Shown here: positions 16,455-24,955 of the stretch, piece after piece
Position numbering within the stretch: position 1 is the stretch's first letter
Layout: the number at the start of each line of letters is the position of its first letter
Virus record (IMG/VR): IMGVR_UViG_3300012979_000178
Source of the DNA: a virus
Reading direction: 5' to 3' (one strand)
Length of the DNA stretch: 25,123 nt
Translations under genes and position numbers: made by a program
Notes under the pieces: generated by a model
Told to the model about the DNA's origin: nothing
The model's input: the letters and a program-made list of their open reading frames with translations, nothing else
Database searches by the model: none

Positions 16455-17690
16455 ATGATGAAACTTTCTCCTATTATTACTCATCTTACCGATACTGACC
16501 TTTATAAATTTACTATGTTACAGACTATGTTTCATAGACATACAAATCTTAATGGCACTTATCTTTTTAAATGCCGAAACGCAGGAGTTAAATTTACCAA
16601 AGAAATGATGGATGAGATCAATGCGCAGATTGATCATCTTTGTACTTTGCGCTTTACAGATGAAGAACTTGATTATCTTGGCTCTTTACGCTTTATTAAG
16701 CCTGATTTTATTGAATTTCTTCGCATTTGGCATCCTTTGCGCAGATATGTAAATTGTTATATTTATGATCATCCGGGATGTCCAGATGAAGGAGAACTTT
16801 TTGTCGAAGTTCATGGTCCACTCTTTAACACTATGATGTTTGAAATTTATCTTCTTGCTATTGTAAATGAAGTATATTTTCGTATGAAGTATAATTATCT
16901 TGACCTCATTAATGGCGCGAGAGAAAAACTTTACCACAAACTTAGCGGATTTAATCATTTTGATGAAGAAGGCAATAAAGCCCCTCTCTATACTTTTAAA
17001 TTTGCGGAATTTGGTACCAGAAGAAGATTAAGTCGTGAATGGCAGGATTATGTAATGAAAGAACTTATTGCTACTGGATATTGCGCCGGTACCTCTAACG
17101 TATATCTTGCTATGAAATATGGTATCAAAGCAATTGGTACTTATGCGCATGAATATGTTCAGATGTTTCAGGGTATTCCCGGCATTCAGCTTGCTTATAC
17201 CAACAAAGCCGCTCTTGAAGAATGGTTTGAAGAATATCAGGGCGACCTTGGAACTGCATTGACTGATACTCTTGGCACTGATATTTTTCTTCGTGATTTT
17301 AATAAACTTCAAGCTATGTGTTATACCGGAGTACGTCATGATAGTGGAGATCCTTATGAATGGGGCGAAAAGATTATCGAACACTATCTTAAACTCGGCA
17401 TCGACCCCAAAACCAAAACTCTTCTTTTTAGTGATAGTCTCGATTTTGAAAAAGCACAGGCAATTTATGACCATTTTAATGGGCGTATTAATGTAAGTTT
17501 TGGTATTGGTACTTATCTTACTAATGACACAGGAGTAAATCCCCTCAATATCGTTATTAAACTTCAGTATGTAAATGATCATCCAGTAGCAAAATTAAGC
17601 GACGTAGAAGGCAAAACTATGTGCCAAGATGAAAATTATGCTAATTACTTGGCACGCGCAGTTAATTATAGATTAGAAGAAGGTATTTAA
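16455..17690 (+). CDS. pncB: nicotinate phosphoribosyltransferase (PncB)
   Basis: It tracks E. coli PncB closely: TDLYKFTM, FGTRRRLSREWQ, GTSNVYLA, GTYAHE, RHDSGDP.EWGEK, GIDPKTK.LLFSD, FGIGT.LT, PLNIVIKL, PVAKLSD. Confidence 0.9.
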   Translation: MMKLSPIITHLTDTDLYKFTMLQTMFHRHTNLNGTYLFKCRNAGVKFTKEMMDEINAQIDHLCTLRFTDEELDYLGSLRFIKPDFIEFLRIWHPLRRYVNCYIYDHPGCPDEGELFVEVHGPLFNTMMFEIYLLAIVNEVYFRMKYNYLDLINGAREKLYHKLSGFNHFDEEGNKAPLYTFKFAEFGTRRRLSREWQDYVMKELIATGYCAGTSNVYLAMKYGIKAIGTYAHEYVQMFQGIPGIQLAYTNKAALEEWFEEYQGDLGTALTDTLGTDIFLRDFNKLQAMCYTGVRHDSGDPYEWGEKIIEHYLKLGIDPKTKTLLFSDSLDFEKAQAIYDHFNGRINVSFGIGTYLTNDTGVNPLNIVIKLQYVNDHPVAKLSDVEGKTMCQDENYANYLARAVNYRLEEGI

Positions 17691-17691
17691 T

Positions 17692-18204
17692 ATGAATTTC
17701 ATTTTTCGAGGATTCGAAATAAATCCAAAAGGCAAGGAAAAAATTTATATCAACAATAAAGAACTTCTAGGTGATTGGCACGAAGGATATTTTACTCGAT
17801 ATGCGAGAACTGCTGTCGTAGGAGTCCCTGTAATTGAAACAGAATGGGATAGTTATGTTATTGATGAACGAACCATTTGTCCTTGCCTTTCTTATATTGA
17901 TTCTAAAGGAAAACATTTTGGTCATATGGACATAATCACTTGTATTGACGCAAATGATGAAATTGATAAATTTTTACTTCAATGGAATAGTGAGGGACAA
18001 GAATTCCAAGTTATTTTCTTAAATTGCCAAGAAAAATTATATGGAACTAATACAAGCTATTTTATTAGTTTTGATTTTTTTGATTGGGCTGAATTTGTAG
18101 CAAACGTTCTTCAAAATATCCACGGAATTTATAAATCTATTGAAATAACTAATAATGCTTTTTCTGATCCTAATTTTTTTAAAAAAGGAATTATTCCGTG
18201 GTAA
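17692..18204 (+). CDS. hypothetical protein translationally coupled between pncB and nadM
   Basis: Its ATG lies 1 nt after the pncB TAA. I recognised no motif. Confidence 0.6.
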   Translation: MNFIFRGFEINPKGKEKIYINNKELLGDWHEGYFTRYARTAVVGVPVIETEWDSYVIDERTICPCLSYIDSKGKHFGHMDIITCIDANDEIDKFLLQWNSEGQEFQVIFLNCQEKLYGTNTSYFISFDFFDWAEFVANVLQNIHGIYKSIEITNNAFSDPNFFKKGIIPW

Positions 18205-18236
18205 TAATAAATTAAAAATCAAATGAGGTATAATAA

Positions 18237-18800
18237 ATGTTTGGAGCAATTTTGTTTAGGGCACAGCCCTTTCACAATGGACATTTGCATATGATTAAAA
18301 CTGCTTATGCCGATTGTAAAAAATTTGGTATAGATTTATATATTTTTATTGGTAGCGCAGATAAATATGGTACTAAAAGAAATCCTTTACCTATTGAGCT
18401 AAGAAGAAATTTAGTAATTAATTCTTTAAATGAATATTTTTCTGAAGAAGAATTAAATCATATTTATGTATTTACTCTTGATGATCTTAGCGATGAAGCA
18501 AATAACACTTACGCTTGGGGAGATTATTTATATATTAAAATGTGTTCTAAAGCTAATGATCCAGAATTTATTTTTTACTATAGTGATAAACCTTCTATTG
18601 TGTTAAGTTGGTTTGCTCCAGATTTATGTAAAAATATAATGTATAAATTTTTACCGCGTTATCATACAATTAATGCTACTGCAATAAGAGAAGCTATTAT
18701 TGATAATGAATTTTGTCCTAATTGGTTGGAATATGATATACCAGAAACGGTAATAGCAGAATACAATACTATCAGAGAATATTTATTGGAGGCTATTTAA
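18237..18800 (+). CDS. nadM: NadM-type nicotinamide/nicotinate mononucleotide adenylyltransferase (cytidylyltransferase fold, HxGH)
   Basis: FRAQPFHNGHLHMIK and IFIGSADK...NPLP match archaeal NadM (GRFQPFHKGHL; IGIGSAQ). Confidence 0.75.
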   Translation: MFGAILFRAQPFHNGHLHMIKTAYADCKKFGIDLYIFIGSADKYGTKRNPLPIELRRNLVINSLNEYFSEEELNHIYVFTLDDLSDEANNTYAWGDYLYIKMCSKANDPEFIFYYSDKPSIVLSWFAPDLCKNIMYKFLPRYHTINATAIREAIIDNEFCPNWLEYDIPETVIAEYNTIREYLLEAI

Positions 18801-19531
18801 TGAAAGATTTAGTGCAAGATATAATTAAATGGATTAAAGAATATTTTGAAATGTCCCCTCCTAATACAAAAGCAGTAATTGGGATTTCCGGAGGCAAAGA
18901 TTCAACCATTGCTACTGCGCTTTTGGTTGAAGCCTTAGGTAAAGATAGAGTAATTGGAGTACGAATGCCCCAGGGTGTTCAATCTGATATTGATATGGCT
19001 AGAGAAGTATGTGATTATTTTGGTATTGAATCTTATGAAATCAATATTGGAAATATTTGTGAAACTTTATATCAGACTATTGGAGAAAATTATAAAGAAA
19101 ATCCAGTAGTTTCTACTAATACTCCAGCAAGAATACGTATGACTATTCTATATGCTATTGCTGGAATGTATAATGGTAGAGTTGTTAATACTTCAAATGC
19201 TTCTGAAATTTTTATAGGTTATTCAACTAAAAATGGCGATGGCGCAGGAGATTTTAGTATTACACGCGATTTTACTGTAAGAGAATTAAAAAAAATCGGT
19301 TATTATCTTGGACTTCCTAAAAAATTTATTGACAAAATTCCCGAAGATGGAATGAGTGGTAAGACTGATGAAGAAAAATTAGGTTTTTCATATGAGGTAA
19401 TAGATGATATTTTGATGTATAATGAATTTCCTGATGAAGCTCTTACCCAAAAGATTACTAATTTATACACCAAAAATTTACATAAAATTTCTCCAATGCC
19501 ATATTATTATAATAAGGGGTATTTAGAATGA
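18800..19531 (+). CDS. nadE: NH3-dependent NAD+ synthetase (NadE)
   Basis: PP-loop GISGGKDS; overall NadE-like. The start overlaps the nadM stop. Confidence 0.85.
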   Translation: MKDLVQDIIKWIKEYFEMSPPNTKAVIGISGGKDSTIATALLVEALGKDRVIGVRMPQGVQSDIDMAREVCDYFGIESYEINIGNICETLYQTIGENYKENPVVSTNTPARIRMTILYAIAGMYNGRVVNTSNASEIFIGYSTKNGDGAGDFSITRDFTVRELKKIGYYLGLPKKFIDKIPEDGMSGKTDEEKLGFSYEVIDDILMYNEFPDEALTQKITNLYTKNLHKISPMPYYYNKGYLE

Positions 19532-19977
19532 TTAATAAATTTGAAGGAGATTATGAATTTTTAAGTAATTTTTTCTTTTCTCCTTTTTCTTTTAAAGGAA
19601 TTGAATATCCAACTAATGAACATTTCTTTCAAGCTATGAAAACTGTTGATCGAAATCTTCAAAAAGCAATTGCTCAGGCGCCAACCCCGGGTAAAGCTAA
19701 AAGATTAGGACGTCAAGTAAATTTAATACCGGATTGGGAAACTATTAAAGACGCCGTAATGTATCAAGGACTAAAATTAAAATTTTCTGATCCAATTCTT
19801 AAAGAAAAACTTTTAGCAACAGGAAATGAAAAATTAGAAGAAGGAAATTGGTGGCATGATAATTTTTGGGGTAATTGCTACTGCCCAAAGTGTAAAAACA
19901 TTGAAGGGGTAAATAAACTTGGCAAATTACTTATGCTTCTTAGAAAGGAGCTAAAAAATGAACAAAGCAACACGTAA
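19528..19977 (+). CDS. NADAR (YbiA-like) domain protein
   Basis: F.G.Y.FLSNF..S.F...G..Y.T.EH.FQA.K...AK..GR...W, which is the NADAR pattern. ATGA overlap with nadE. Confidence 0.75.
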   Translation: MINKFEGDYEFLSNFFFSPFSFKGIEYPTNEHFFQAMKTVDRNLQKAIAQAPTPGKAKRLGRQVNLIPDWETIKDAVMYQGLKLKFSDPILKEKLLATGNEKLEEGNWWHDNFWGNCYCPKCKNIEGVNKLGKLLMLLRKELKNEQSNT

Positions 19978-20233
19978 ATGGCACATTTGGGATTCACCAA
20001 AAAAGAATTTACCTTTATGCTGGGATGGACAAGTTTTAGTTTTTGATACCAAAGAATCTGCTATAGATTTTTTACATTCTGCTATTGCCCATCAAGAAGA
20101 TTTAGATAAAGAATTTGATAAAGCAATTATTTCTTGTGGTTTAATTAATCCTATTAATCCAACTATTAATGCAACATATAAACGAATTAAATATAATTCA
20201 GATTTTAATATAATTTATCTTGAAGATATTTAA
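19958..20233 (+). CDS. hypothetical protein of 91 aa
   Basis: RBS AAGGAG. It is the last gene before the terminator. Confidence 0.5.
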   Translation: MNKATRKWHIWDSPKKNLPLCWDGQVLVFDTKESAIDFLHSAIAHQEDLDKEFDKAIISCGLINPINPTINATYKRIKYNSDFNIIYLEDI

Positions 20234-20235
20234 AT

Positions 20236-20270
20236 GTAAAAAGCTCTAATTGATTAGAGCTTTTTTGATT
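20236..20270 (+). terminator. rho-independent terminator
   Basis: Stem AAAAAGCTCTAAT / ATTAGAGCTTTTT. Confidence 0.8.
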
Positions 20271-20300
20271 TTCTTTTTTTAATATGTTATAATATATATA
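20266..20300 (+). promoter_or_regulatory. conserved promoter copy 8 (-35 TTGATT, TGTTATAATATATATA)
   Basis: Motif match. Confidence 0.7.
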
Positions 20301-20322
20301 CAAAATAAGAAAGGAAATAAAA

Positions 20323-20580
20323 ATGTTAGGAAGTCCTCATTTTATTGAAGATTGTTGTGTTTGGTCAAAAGAAAAACTTGAATCAATGAAAACTCGACAA
20401 CTTTTAAATCATTATCGCTCAATTTATTCTTGGGGAGGATATAATTGGTTTCCTGAAGATTATCAAGCCAAACGAGAATATCAAAAACAAGTTAAAGCGA
20501 TACTTTCTACAAGAGAACACATTCCTAATAAATTAGAGAGTAAAATGATAAGAAAAGAAAAGATAAAGAAAGGAGTATAA
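20323..20580 (+). CDS. hypothetical protein of 85 aa
   Basis: RBS GAAAGGAAATAAAA. Confidence 0.5.
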   Translation: MLGSPHFIEDCCVWSKEKLESMKTRQLLNHYRSIYSWGGYNWFPEDYQAKREYQKQVKAILSTREHIPNKLESKMIRKEKIKKGV

Positions 20581-20585
20581 TAATT

Positions 20586-21275
20586 ATGGCTGTATATGCT
20601 TTATCTGACTTACATGGTAATAAAGAATTATTTAAAAAGGTTAAATCTTTTTTAAATGAAAAAGATACAGTATATTTTCTTGGGGATGCTGCTGATAGAG
20701 GTCCTGATGGTTGGGAACTTATTAAAACAATTTATGAAGACTCTCAATTTATTTACGCTAAAGGCAACCACGAAGATATGCTTGTAAATTCTATTAAAGA
20801 ATTCTGTGAAATGAATTCCAAAAGTGGAGATTGTGATTTACTTTTTTACAACGGCGGTAAACAGACCTTTAATGCTTGGCGTAAAGATGGGGCAAAGAAG
20901 AGTTGGGCTACCAAGCTTGAAAAATTACCGGCTTGGCTTGCTTATATTAATACTAAAGGTCAGCTTATCAGTATGAGTCATGCTGGTTTTACTCCAAAAC
21001 CCAACGAATTTCCTTCTCATAGTGATTTAATGTGGAGTAGAGATCACTTTCTTGATGATTGGGATGAAGAGGTAAAAAATTGTATTATTGTTCATGGACA
21101 TACTCCTATTCTTTTTCTTGCAGAAGATTTAAAAATCAAAGAAGAAGAACTTGAGCTTAAACCGTTATGGTATTGTAATAACAAAAAGGTTTGTATTGAT
21201 TTGGGCGCGCATATGACTAATGCCACAACTCTTTTAAATCTTGATACATTTGAATATTATTTGTTTCAAGTCTAA
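20586..21275 (+). CDS. lambda-PPase-family metallophosphoesterase (Ser/Thr phosphatase or polynucleotide 2',3'-phosphatase type)
   Basis: Motifs SDLHGN, GDAADRG, GNHE, W.RD and HGHT are present. The architecture resembles lambda PPase and the CthPnkp phosphatase domain. Confidence 0.8.
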   Translation: MAVYALSDLHGNKELFKKVKSFLNEKDTVYFLGDAADRGPDGWELIKTIYEDSQFIYAKGNHEDMLVNSIKEFCEMNSKSGDCDLLFYNGGKQTFNAWRKDGAKKSWATKLEKLPAWLAYINTKGQLISMSHAGFTPKPNEFPSHSDLMWSRDHFLDDWDEEVKNCIIVHGHTPILFLAEDLKIKEEELELKPLWYCNNKKVCIDLGAHMTNATTLLNLDTFEYYLFQV

Positions 21276-21285
21276 TAATTAATTT

Positions 21286-21321
21286 TGATTTTATATTATA
21301 AAAATGTTATAATATATATAT
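21286..21321 (+). promoter_or_regulatory. conserved promoter copy 9
   Basis: TTGATT, 17 nt, TGTTATAATATATATA. Confidence 0.7.
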
Positions 21322-21342
21322 CAAATGAAAAGGAAATAAAAA

Positions 21343-21816
21343 ATGAAAAAAATTTATTTACTTTGTGGTATTCCCGGTTCAGGAAAAAGCACTTGGGCAA
21401 AAAGCCAACTTGATAATAAATCTGTCTGGATTTCAAGAGATCAGATAAGATTCTCTATGGTTTCAGAGTCAGAAGAATATTTCTCTAAAGAAAAAGAAGT
21501 ATTTCGAGAATTTATTAAAGAAATTAATTTAGCAATTAGAAATAAAAATTTTGATAATATTTATATAGATGCAACACATCTTAACACTATAAGTAGATAT
21601 AAAGTTTTGGATAAAATTGCTTTAAAAGATGTTGATGAACTTAATATTATTTTCTTTAATACCCCTTTGAATATTTGTCTCGAAAGAAACTCTTATCGTT
21701 TTGGAAGAGAAAAAGTACCAGAAGAAGTAATTAAAAAAATGTATAAAACTGTTGTTCCTCCTCATCTTGATGATAAATATTTATATAATAATATTATAGT
21801 AAAAGGAGATGAATAA
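21343..21816 (+). CDS. pnk: polynucleotide 5'-kinase, a P-loop domain of the T4 Pnk kinase type
   Basis: LLCGIPGSGKST (Walker A), RD (catalytic Asp region), and a C-terminus with LERNSYRFGREKVPEEVIKKMYK that resembles T4 Pnk ([22 protein letters not shown]). Confidence 0.8.
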   Translation: MKKIYLLCGIPGSGKSTWAKSQLDNKSVWISRDQIRFSMVSESEEYFSKEKEVFREFIKEINLAIRNKNFDNIYIDATHLNTISRYKVLDKIALKDVDELNIIFFNTPLNICLERNSYRFGREKVPEEVIKKMYKTVVPPHLDDKYLYNNIIVKGDE

Positions 21817-21819
21817 ATA

Positions 21820-21855
21820 TTGATTTGGCTTTGTAGCGATTGGCATTTTAATTAA
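21820..21855 (+). pseudogene. 11-codon remnant of a metallophosphoesterase N-terminus ((M)IWLCSDWHFN*), duplicated downstream at 22864
   Basis: A TTG start 11 nt after AAGGAG. The peptide carries the MPE motif I (D-W-H) and is nearly identical to MAIWITSDWH at 22864..22893. Confidence 0.4.
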
Positions 21856-21922
21856 AATGCCGGTCAAAACACAATAAAATATTTAGAACAATTTTCTAAT
21901 TTAATTAAGAGGTGATGTTAAA

Positions 21923-22861
21923 ATGTATAGTGTATATAAAATTACCAATATTATAAATTAGAAAAATTATATTGGTTCAAGTATTAGACCTGAAAAGCGT
22001 TGGAAAGAACATATTAATAATGCTAATAACCCAAATTCATAGGCATATAATTATCCGTTACAATGTGCTTTTCGAAAATACGGAATTGAAAATTTTAATT
22101 TTGAAATTTTAAAAGATGATTTTAATACTCAAAGTGAAATGACAGAATATGAATAGTTAATGATTATTTTTTATGATTCATTGAATAATGGGTATAATCA
22201 AACTTTACAAACAAATTAGAGTGAAATAGCAAAAGAAAATTTAGAAAAATATTTATAGACAATTCGTTGTAAATGTGCTAAAATAGATAAAAATAATAAT
22301 ATTTTAGAAATTTATAATTCTTATCATGAAGCTGCTAAAAAAAATGGAATGGATCCTGATAATTGTGCTAGTTCAATTAGAGATGTTTGTAAAGGAAAAA
22401 CTTCAAGTGCTAAAGATAAATTTATTTTTCGAGATTTAGATGCTAATGATAATATAATTATTTAGCCGTTTAAACCCTATAAAGGCAAAAAAGCAATAAT
22501 TGGTATTCATATAGAAACAAAAGAAGAAATTTATTTTAATTCTATTAGTGAAGCAGCTAAAATATTAAATACAGATCGTTGGAGTATAACCCAATGTATA
22601 CAAGGAGTATCTCGATACTCCAAAGTTAAAAACTATATATTTAGAGAATTAGATTAGAATGGCAATATTGTAGAAGTTGAAAATTCCATAGAAAATATTT
22701 TACAAAAATATAATTAGACAAATCCGGAAATAAATGGTGAAAGACACACTTTTAAAGACTGGTGTAAAATTTATGGAATTTCTGAAAGTTCTGTTAGAAA
22801 AAGAATAAAAAAAGGAATGGGTGTTGTAGAAGCAATTACAACCCCAAAAGAGAGGTGATTT
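21923..22861 (+). CDS. GIY-YIG homing endonuclease (I-TevI/Seg-like) with 8 in-frame TAG codons
   Basis: The N-terminus VYKITNIIN*KNYIGSS...EKRWKEHI corresponds to the GIY-YIG and RWKEH motifs (compare I-TevI IYQIKNTLNNKVYVGS...EKRWKRHF), followed by NGYN. The frame is continuous for 313 codons apart from the TAGs. It ends at the TGA at 22859. Confidence 0.7.
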
Positions 22862-22863
22862 TT

Positions 22864-23429
22864 ATGGCAATCTGGATTACTTCAGATTGGCATTAGTTTA
22901 TTTTTGCCATGACAGAGAATTTATCTGGGGTCCAAGGCATTTTAATTCTGTTGAAGAAATGAATGAAACTATTGTAGATAGACATAATTCTTTGGTTCTT
23001 CCAGAAGATGATGTATATGTATTGGGCGATTTGATGCTTAATGATAATGAAAAAGGTATTGAATTAATTAAGCGTATGAATGGTAAACTTCATATTGCTA
23101 TTGGAAACCATGACACAGCACCAAGAATTGAATTGTATAAAACTTTACCGAATTTAGTAGATATTAATTACGTTCACACATTTAAATATAGAAAATATAA
23201 TTTCTATTGTTCTCATTATCCTACATTAACAGGAAATCTTGAAGCTGAATCGCTTCATCAAGTAGCAATTAATCTATATGGACATACTCATCAGTCGAGT
23301 AAATTCTATGAAGATAGACCATATATGTTTCATTGTGGTATGGATTCAAATGCTTGTTATCCTGTAAATATTGATTACATTATTGATAAGTGTAAAAATA
23401 AAGTGGCTGAATGCATTGAAATGCTTTAA
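22864..23429 (+). CDS. calcineurin-like metallophosphoesterase with a frame disruption after codon 10. It is a possible pseudogene, sequencing indel or recoding site.
   Basis: RBS AGAGAGG and ATG at 22864 give MAIWITSDWH (motif I D-x-H), then a TAG. The remaining motifs (GDLML, GNHD, GHTH) are in the -1 frame, which is track ORF 22887..23429. Confidence 0.55.
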
Positions 23430-23466
23430 TTAGTTCATTTAAAATTTAATATATAAGGAGAAAATT

Positions 23467-24906
23467 ATGTATCTTTATCTTATTCCAATTGCCGTTATTG
23501 CTGTTATTGTTCTCTTTTGCCTCGGTTATGTAAAGGCTCCTCCGGATCAGGCTTATGTAATTTCCGGGATGATGAAGAAACCTCGTATTCTAATTGGACG
23601 AGCAGGTTTTAAAGTTCCTTTCTTTGAACGTCTTGACAAACTTGCTCTTGGTGCTATTCAGATTGATGTAAAGACTGCTAGTTCGGTTCCCACTGCTGAA
23701 TATATCAATGTAAGAGTTGATTCTAATGTAAATGTAAAAATTGGTCAGGCTCCTGAAATGCTTGAACTTGCTTGTCAGAATTTTCTTAATGTAAAGAGAG
23801 ATGTTATCAATCAGAAGATCAGAGATTTGCTCGAAGGTAATATCCGTGAAATCGTTGGTAGCATGAAGCTTACTGAAATGGTAAGTGATAGAAAGGCTTT
23901 TTCTGAAAAGGTACAGGAAAACGCAGTACCCGATCTTGCGAGATTTGGTCTTGAGCTTATTTCTTTTAATGTTCAGAATTTTGTAGATGATAATGGTGTA
24001 ATTGATAATCTTGGTATTGATAATGTAGAGCAGATTCGCAAGAAGGCTGCTATTGCTAAGTCTGATGCCCAGAGAGAAATTGCAATTGCTGAAGCTGAAA
24101 ATACTAAAATTGCAAATGATGCTCGTGTAAAGGCGGCTGAAGAAATTGCTGCCCGAGACAATGATCTTGAAATTAAGCAGGCGGCTCTTAAGCAGGCAGC
24201 TGATACTGAAAAGGCTCGTGCAGCAGCTGCTATGGCAATCGAATCTGAAAATCAGAATAAACTTAAAAATATTGCAGCTACGGATGCTGAAATTGCAAAG
24301 GCTGAACGCGAAGCCGATCTGAAGCAGAAAGAAATCGAACTGAAAGAATATGAACTTGACGCTCTTGTCCGCAAGCAGGCAGACGCAGATAAATATGCAG
24401 TAGAGCAGAAGGCAGCCGCAGAACTTGCTGTTCGTCAGAGAAAAGCAGAAGCTGAAAAGTTTGAACGTGAACAGCGTGCAGAAGCTGAAAAGTTTGCAGC
24501 AATTCAGGAAGCAGAAGCAGAAAAAGCAAAGGCTGATGCCGCTAAATATGCCGCACTTGCAGAAGCAGAAGGTATTGCCGCTGTAAAGAAAGCTGAAGCA
24601 GAAGGTATTCGTGCTACTGGTATTGCAGAAGCAGAAGGTATTGAAAAGAAGGCAGAAGCCCAGAAGAAGATGGGTGAAGCTTCCGTTCTTGAAATGTACT
24701 TCCAGATGCTTCCGAACGCTGTAGCAAGTGCTGCCGCACCTCTTGAAAATGTTGGAAACATTACAATGTATGGCGACGGCAATCAATCTAAGCTCGTCGG
24801 CGACGTAATGAAGACTGTAAATCAGGTTACCGAAGGTATGAAAGCTAACGGTATTGATATCGCGTCACTTATTGCTGGCGCACTCTCCAAGAAAGACAGT
24901 AAGTAA
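23467..24906 (+). CDS. floT: flotillin (FloT/YuaG-type SPFH/band-7 protein): N-terminal TM segment, SPFH domain, and an E/A-rich coiled coil
   Basis: RBS AAGGAG. It is collinear with B. subtilis FloT: LEGNIREIVGSMKLTEM...FSEKVQ...DLARFGLELISF; KQADADKYAVEQKAAAE; MLPNAVASAAAPLENVGNIT. Confidence 0.85.
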   Translation: MYLYLIPIAVIAVIVLFCLGYVKAPPDQAYVISGMMKKPRILIGRAGFKVPFFERLDKLALGAIQIDVKTASSVPTAEYINVRVDSNVNVKIGQAPEMLELACQNFLNVKRDVINQKIRDLLEGNIREIVGSMKLTEMVSDRKAFSEKVQENAVPDLARFGLELISFNVQNFVDDNGVIDNLGIDNVEQIRKKAAIAKSDAQREIAIAEAENTKIANDARVKAAEEIAARDNDLEIKQAALKQAADTEKARAAAAMAIESENQNKLKNIAATDAEIAKAEREADLKQKEIELKEYELDALVRKQADADKYAVEQKAAAELAVRQRKAEAEKFEREQRAEAEKFAAIQEAEAEKAKADAAKYAALAEAEGIAAVKKAEAEGIRATGIAEAEGIEKKAEAQKKMGEASVLEMYFQMLPNAVASAAAPLENVGNITMYGDGNQSKLVGDVMKTVNQVTEGMKANGIDIASLIAGALSKKDSK

Positions 24907-24914
24907 AAATAAAT

Positions 24915-24955
24915 AAGTAAGGAAGATTTTATTCTTCCTTACTTTGATTTTTCTT
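24915..24955 (+). terminator. rho-independent terminator
   Basis: Stem AAGTAAGGAAGA / TCTTCCTTACTT with a 6-nt loop, then a T-rich tract. Confidence 0.75.

Noticed and set aside
21855-22904. The idea that the GIY-YIG ORF sits in a self-splicing group I intron that restores the phosphoesterase frame
   Set aside because: An exon junction that would give SDWH-FCHD requires an intron 3' end on T rather than the obligatory terminal G. Both flanks carry their own exon-like copy of the 5' coding sequence. I could not identify P1-P9-like pairings by eye. It is kept only as a remote alternative inside the endonuclease finding.
23590-24786. A 398-aa minus-strand ORF and further minus-strand ORFs at 24278..24529 and 24504..24782, opposite the flotillin gene
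   Set aside because: They are low-complexity, Cys/Phe/Ser-rich shadow frames of the GC/GAA-rich coiled-coil region on the + strand. They have no RBS, and the plus-strand gene has a near-full-length FloT match.
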